From an uncultured Chloroflexia bacterium (GTDB lineage: Bacteria; Chloroflexota; Anaerolineae; Anaerolineales; UBA4823), in contig CAVSCE010000006.1 of the NCBI GenBank assembly GCA_963726375.1, positions 102,581 to 166,580 on the forward strand: a DNA stretch of 64,000 nucleotides. Reading direction: 5' to 3'. Under the pieces are notes generated by a model. It did not search any database. It saw only the letters and a program-made list of their open reading frames with translations, and was not told the DNA's origin. The stretch's first letter is position 1; the number at the start of each line of letters is the position of its first letter. Shown piece after piece: positions 59,982 to 64,000 of this stretch. The translations under genes and the position numbers were made by a program.

Positions 59982-60013
59982 GGCAGGCTTACAAGCCTGT
60001 CTTTCTCTTTTAT
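59982..60013 (+). terminator. Rho-independent terminator after nrdJ
   Basis: 9-bp stem ggcaggctt-aca-aagcctgtc followed by TTTCTCTTTTAT. Confidence 0.6.
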
Positions 60014-60048
60014 AGAGAATCTGTTTTAAAGTAAACCTTCGACTTTAC

Positions 60049-60100
60049 AAATAACATATGTTATAAATAACATATGTTATAATGATAATTGAATTTCAAT
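60049..60100 (+). promoter_or_regulatory. Candidate operator array upstream of the PadR gene: two tandem 14-bp perfect palindromes ATAACATATGTTAT (16-bp period) and a third palindrome ATTGAA-T-TTCAAT
   Basis: The first two sites are at 60051-60064 and 60067-80. The third is at 60088-60100. The array ends about 20 nt before the padR ATG. Confidence 0.55.
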
Positions 60101-60118
60101 CTTTTTTCGGAGATCACA

Positions 60119-60571
60119 ATGACAATCCGATTCGCAATTCTTGGGCTATTGAGCCGCCAACCACTCTCGGGATATGACATTAAAAAAATCATCGCCGATT
60201 CTGCATCTCTGTATTGGTCGGGCAATAACAATCAGATCTACACCACCCTGATTCAGCTCAACAAAGAAGATCTCGTCGCTTTCGAAGTGATCACGCAGGA
60301 CTATGTTCCTTCGAAAAAGGTTTATTCCATCACCCAATTAGGATTAGAGGAATTGCGGAAATGGTTAAATTCCCCAATCGATCCTCCTGAGATGCACAAC
60401 ACATTTCTGGTTCGGCTCACCTGGGCTGATTTGCTGACAAAGGAGGAATTGAATAATTTGCTGGATAATTATGAGGAAGAGGTCCGCGTACAGGGATTGA
60501 TGATCAAAGAAAAAATCCGACGAACAGACGGAAATCGAGGATCAAAACAGCCAGGCTGTACGATTTTCTAG
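60119..60571 (+). CDS. PadR-family transcriptional regulator
   Basis: MTIRFAILGLLSRQPLSGYDIKKII winged-helix N-terminus. GGAGATC ribosome-binding site. The TTG at 60089 in the ORF track is probably an over-extension. Confidence 0.85.
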   Translation: MTIRFAILGLLSRQPLSGYDIKKIIADSASLYWSGNNNQIYTTLIQLNKEDLVAFEVITQDYVPSKKVYSITQLGLEELRKWLNSPIDPPEMHNTFLVRLTWADLLTKEELNNLLDNYEEEVRVQGLMIKEKIRRTDGNRGSKQPGCTIF

Positions 60572-60673
60572 GCTGGTGTCTCAAAATCTCATTATGTTTT
60601 ACGAGAATGAGCTGAACTGGCTGAGATCCCTTCGTCAGAACCTGGAGAATCCTGGGTAAATTTTGGAGAAAAT

Positions 60674-61045
60674 ATGTTTTCACAAAATCAATATCGACTT
60701 ATCACCGGTCATGAAAACAGCTTTATCGAATGCCTGCCTCTGGCAGGTGTGATTGCCTCGGAGCAAGATGCATTAGAATGGGTGGCGGTCTGCGGAGAAA
60801 ATAGTACAGATCGATTGCTGATTGGAAGTGAGAATCTGAGTGATGAATTCTTCGACCTCAGCACCACGCTGGCCGGGATGATCTTGTTGAAATTTTCCAA
60901 TTATCGAATTCGGGCTGCGGCATTGCTGCCCCCCGAGCGGGTAACTCATGGAAAATTCCCTGAGATGGTTGTTGAGACAAATCGGGGAAATCTGTTTCGG
61001 ATTTATTTTGATCGATCGCTAGCCGAAGCGTGGCTGCTGGAATAA
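60674..61045 (+). CDS. DUF4180-domain protein
   Basis: A 123-aa ORF. The C-terminal GNLFRIYFDRSLAEAWL matches the DUF4180 pattern. PadR genes commonly have such a neighbour. Confidence 0.6.
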   Translation: MFSQNQYRLITGHENSFIECLPLAGVIASEQDALEWVAVCGENSTDRLLIGSENLSDEFFDLSTTLAGMILLKFSNYRIRAAALLPPERVTHGKFPEMVVETNRGNLFRIYFDRSLAEAWLLE

Positions 61046-61116
61046 AGCACGGATCCGAATTTCCTCCCAACGGGTTTAAGCGCAATGGAGCAGGAAAGCA
61101 TGGGCAGAGAGGAAGA

Positions 61117-61965
61117 ACGTATGGAAGAATACAAGGTATTTAAATCACTCCCTTGGCAGGGATGCCATCCTGGATACTTATGACAAGATCCTCACAAGGT
61201 GGCCCCTGCCTTACGAAGAGTTTTCGATTTCCACAGGACTCGGTCAGACCCATATCATTGCCTGCGGAGGCGAAGAAAAACCACCGCTAGTTTTGCTGCA
61301 TGGATCGAGCTCGAACGCGCTGATGTGGATAGGCGATGTGGTCGAATATAGCCAGGATTATCGAGTCTATGCCTTGGACATCCCCGGCGAACCCGGAAAA
61401 AGTGCTGAGATACAGACCCGAGCTGAGTGGAGATGGATATTCGAATTGGTTAGCTGAGATCCTAGATCAACTTAAAATCAACAAAACAGCAATGATCGGA
61501 ATTTCTTTAGGCGGTTTTCTGGCACTTAAATATGCGACGACCAGACCCGACCAAGTCTCCAAGCTGGTCTTGCTTTGCCCGGCGGGAGTAGTTAAACAAA
61601 GGATATCCTTTCTTGTAAAAGCCCTATTTTTAGCGCCGTTTGGAAATGCAGGGCGCAAACGGTTAATCAAGTTGGTTTACGGAAACCAGACCATTGAGGA
61701 AGAGACCTTAGCCTACACCATGCTGATCGCTGAGAATTTCAATCCCCGCATGGAAGTCATCCCGATCCTGAATGATGAGTTGATCAGCCGGATCTCATGT
61801 CCTGTTCTGCTCATCGTTGGAGAAAATGATGTCCTCATAAATGCTGGAAAGACTGCTGGGCGATTGAGAGAACTGCTCCCTACTTCAGAGGTCCTGATAC
61901 TGCCCGATGCGGGTCATGTCTTAATCGGGCTTCAGAAACGGATACAGGAATTTCTTCTCGATTGA
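61117..61965 (+). CDS. Alpha/beta-hydrolase-fold protein. Two frameshifts near 61150 and 61400.
   Basis: LVLLHGSSSNALMW and GISLGGFLALKYA (a GxSxG nucleophile elbow) lie in different frames. Confidence 0.7.
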
Positions 61966-62156
61966 GACAATCTAGGAAGAAATTGAAGAATTTTCAATTA
62001 TATTCACCTGTAGAATCGGGCAAACCAATCCGGTCTTGTTTGAGGCAGTCTGTTGTGCTATAGTTCAGTTGGATTATTGTGAAAAATTTCCTACCAGTGG
62101 CCTTTATCGGAGAAAAAACATAAACAAACCAAACTAACGATTGTTAGGAGATCAGG

Positions 62157-62792
62157 ATGGTCAAGAGGACGATTGTTGTCGCGGGGAATATTGGCGCAGG
62201 TAAGACATCTTTAACCGAAAGGCTTGGCGCCCGCCTGGGTTGGCAGACAGCTTTTGAATCGGTCTCGGATAATCCCTATCTGGCGGATTTTTATGCGAAT
62301 ATGAGCGTCTGGTCTTTCCATTTGCAGGTGTTCTTTCTTGGACACCGGGCGAAACAATACCTGGCATTGACGAGCGCTCCCCAGTCGTGCATTTTTGATC
62401 GAAGCATTTATGAAGATGCCTATATCTTTGTCAGGGCGCTCAATCAAATGGGTAACCTCTCAGAGCGGGATTATCTTTCTTACCGGACCGTATTCGATCT
62501 GGTCGTTTCACGCTTGCCAGCCCCGGATTTGTTGATCTATCTCAATGCACCCGTTAAGGTCATCTACCAACGCATCCTCAGCCGCGGCAGGGCGATAGAG
62601 AGCGGGATAACACCTGAATACTTGAGCCTGCTCGATTCTTTTTACAAAGATTGGATGGATGTTTTTGATGTCTGCCCGGTGCTCACAATCCGTACCGACG
62701 ATCTGGACTTTGTCCACAAATCCGGTCACCTGGACATTGTTGTCCAACGCATCCAGGAGAAACTGGCAGGTCGTGAAGAAGTCGTTTTTTAG
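62157..62792 (+). CDS. Deoxynucleoside kinase (dAK/dGK/dCK family)
   Basis: VVAGNIGAGKTSL P-loop. The ERS and DRSIYED motifs are typical of the family. Confidence 0.8.
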   Translation: MVKRTIVVAGNIGAGKTSLTERLGARLGWQTAFESVSDNPYLADFYANMSVWSFHLQVFFLGHRAKQYLALTSAPQSCIFDRSIYEDAYIFVRALNQMGNLSERDYLSYRTVFDLVVSRLPAPDLLIYLNAPVKVIYQRILSRGRAIESGITPEYLSLLDSFYKDWMDVFDVCPVLTIRTDDLDFVHKSGHLDIVVQRIQEKLAGREEVVF

Positions 62793-62845
62793 TTTTCAGG
62801 AACCATAGGGGAACACATCTGGAAGAAATTCCGTCCTATAGATGG

Positions 62846-64000
62846 AACTCACCCAATGATTCGGAAATCTTTCCGTGGATTCTTCTTATTCATTTTTATA
62901 TTCACAGCTTTGTCAGGGGCAGCAAGCTGTTATGTTATTCTGCATGATTTACCTGGATTGGACCGGCTGCCTGCTCAGCTGCCAATGCCGAATGTCAAAA
63001 TCGTCGATCGCAATGGGCGCCTGCTATATGAGGTGATTGACGAAAATGGCGGCAGGCATGCGGTTGTCCCGATAGAGCGTATCCCCCTTGTTTGCCAGCA
63101 AGCTGCTATCGCAACTGAAGACCGCAGTTTCTATTCAAATCCCGGAGTCGATCTGCGTGGGATGGCAAGAGCGGTTTGGATCAATCTCAGCGGCAGAGAG
63201 ACGATTGCTGGCGGCAGCACCATCACCCAACAGGTAGCCAGAAACTTGCTCCTCGACGCCGGGGAGCGCAGCCAGCGCAGCCTGCGCCGCAAGCTTCGTG
63301 AAAGCCTGCTTGCCTGGGAGCTCACTCGCCGTTACAGTAAGGACCAGATCCTTGGACTGTACCTGAACCAGATCTATTACGGCGGGATGGCGTATGGGAT
63401 CGAATCTGCTTCCCAGACATTCTTTGGCAAACCGGTTGACCGGCTGGATTTGGCGGAATGTGCATTGTTGGCAGGTCTCCCGCAGTCACCGGCAGCTTAT
63501 AATCCATTCACAGATTCCGACGCAGCAGAAAATCGCCAGAGTACTGTTCTTGGTTTGATGGAGAAAGCTGGTTTCATAACTCATGAACAGGCAATATCGG
63601 CACAAAGGGAGCAGCTGGTCTTTGCGGAGAAACCCTACCCGATTGAAGCGCCTCACTTTGTGATGATGGTCCGCAGACAGCTGGACACGATCTTCACAAG
63701 CGACCAGATACGTGATCTGGGTGGATTGGTTGTCCGAACCACCCTGGATCTGGATTGGCAGACCACTGCAGAGAAAGCTGTAGACCGTCAGCTCTCCACG
63801 CTGGGTCGGAGCTACCTGGATATGGGGCATAATGTCAATAATGCTGCTCTGGTCGCTTTGGATCCAGTCTCCGGGGATGTGCTGGCGCTGGTCGGAAGCC
63901 CGGATTATTTCGATCCAAACCATGGTGGGGCTATCAATATGGCAATTTCCCCGCGGCAGCCTGGTTCAGCGCTTAAACCATTGGTTTATGCTGCGGCATT
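62846..64000 (+). CDS. Class A penicillin-binding protein (transglycosylase and transpeptidase), 5' part. The ORF runs off the window edge and is therefore missing from the ORF track.
   Basis: Frame 2 is open from the ATG at 62846 to the end of the window. GT51 motifs EDRSFYSNPGVD, GGSTITQQVARN and RKLRESLLAWELTRRYSKDQILGLYLNQIYYG. Confidence 0.85.

Noticed and set aside
62060-62095. tRNA-like string gctatagttcagttgg (D-arm-like) upstream of the deoxynucleoside kinase
   Set aside because: There is no complementary D-stem, anticodon arm or T-arm. It resembles the tRNA D-loop consensus only over about 12 nt, so it is not a tRNA gene or a convincing remnant.

Overview
This window is a bacterial chromosomal core region of about 52% GC with no mobile elements, CRISPR arrays, tRNA or rRNA genes. 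It carries six blocks:

- + strand: the 3' end of rpoB, then a promoter and the str operon (rpsL-rpsG-fusA-tuf). The S10-spc-alpha ribosomal-protein superoperon follows directly (rpsJ through rplQ, including secY-adk-map-rpmJ). infA is not present here.
- + strand: truA-rplM-rpsI, then a YabN-type methylase/MazG fusion gene.
- - strand: a heavily decayed APC-permease pseudogene, an RlmI-like rRNA methyltransferase, and tryptophanase (tnaA).
- + strand: an AT-rich three-gene islet (a secreted/membrane hypothetical protein, an MBL-fold hydrolase, and a giant membrane protein with two SPFH/band-7-like domains).
- - strand: rny-recX, an AT-rich, N-terminally truncated, divergent recA-like gene, and a class-V aminotransferase.
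- + strand: the dcw cell-wall cluster (mraZ through ftsZ). It lacks murE and has cvpA inserted.
- + strand: nrdR-nrdJ, a PadR/DUF4180 pair with tandem palindromic operators, an alpha/beta hydrolase, a deoxynucleoside kinase, and the 5' part of a class-A penicillin-binding protein.

The overall gene content is Terrabacteria-like, for example a type-Z S14, an L24 with a zinc ribbon, RNase Y and NrdJ. The sequence alone does not let me place the lineage more precisely.

The dominant anomaly is about 40 or more single-nucleotide frameshifts or nonsense lesions in conserved and essential genes. Affected genes include rpsL, fusA, adk, rpsD, rpoA, truA, rplM, rpsI, rny, mraZ, mraY, murD, ftsW, murG, murC, murB, ddl, ftsQ and nrdR. 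By contrast, a contiguous block of about 12.4 kb (4620-17050) has none. This points to assembly or sequencing error with very uneven polishing rather than real gene loss, and every single-gene pseudogene call here should be read that way.

Other points worth a second look are listed below.
- tuf has a striking codon-usage signature unlike its neighbours.
- rpsD carries an in-frame TGA.
- rpoB has a roughly 155-residue insertion with W-L repeats.
- The recA paralog is unusual.
- The double-SPFH membrane protein is unusual.
- Palindromic operator sites are shared by PadR and a downstream locus.

I could not identify a clearly novel multi-gene system such as a defence island. The best candidates for undescribed biology are the AT-rich islet at 29.2-33.4 kb and the recA-like locus.
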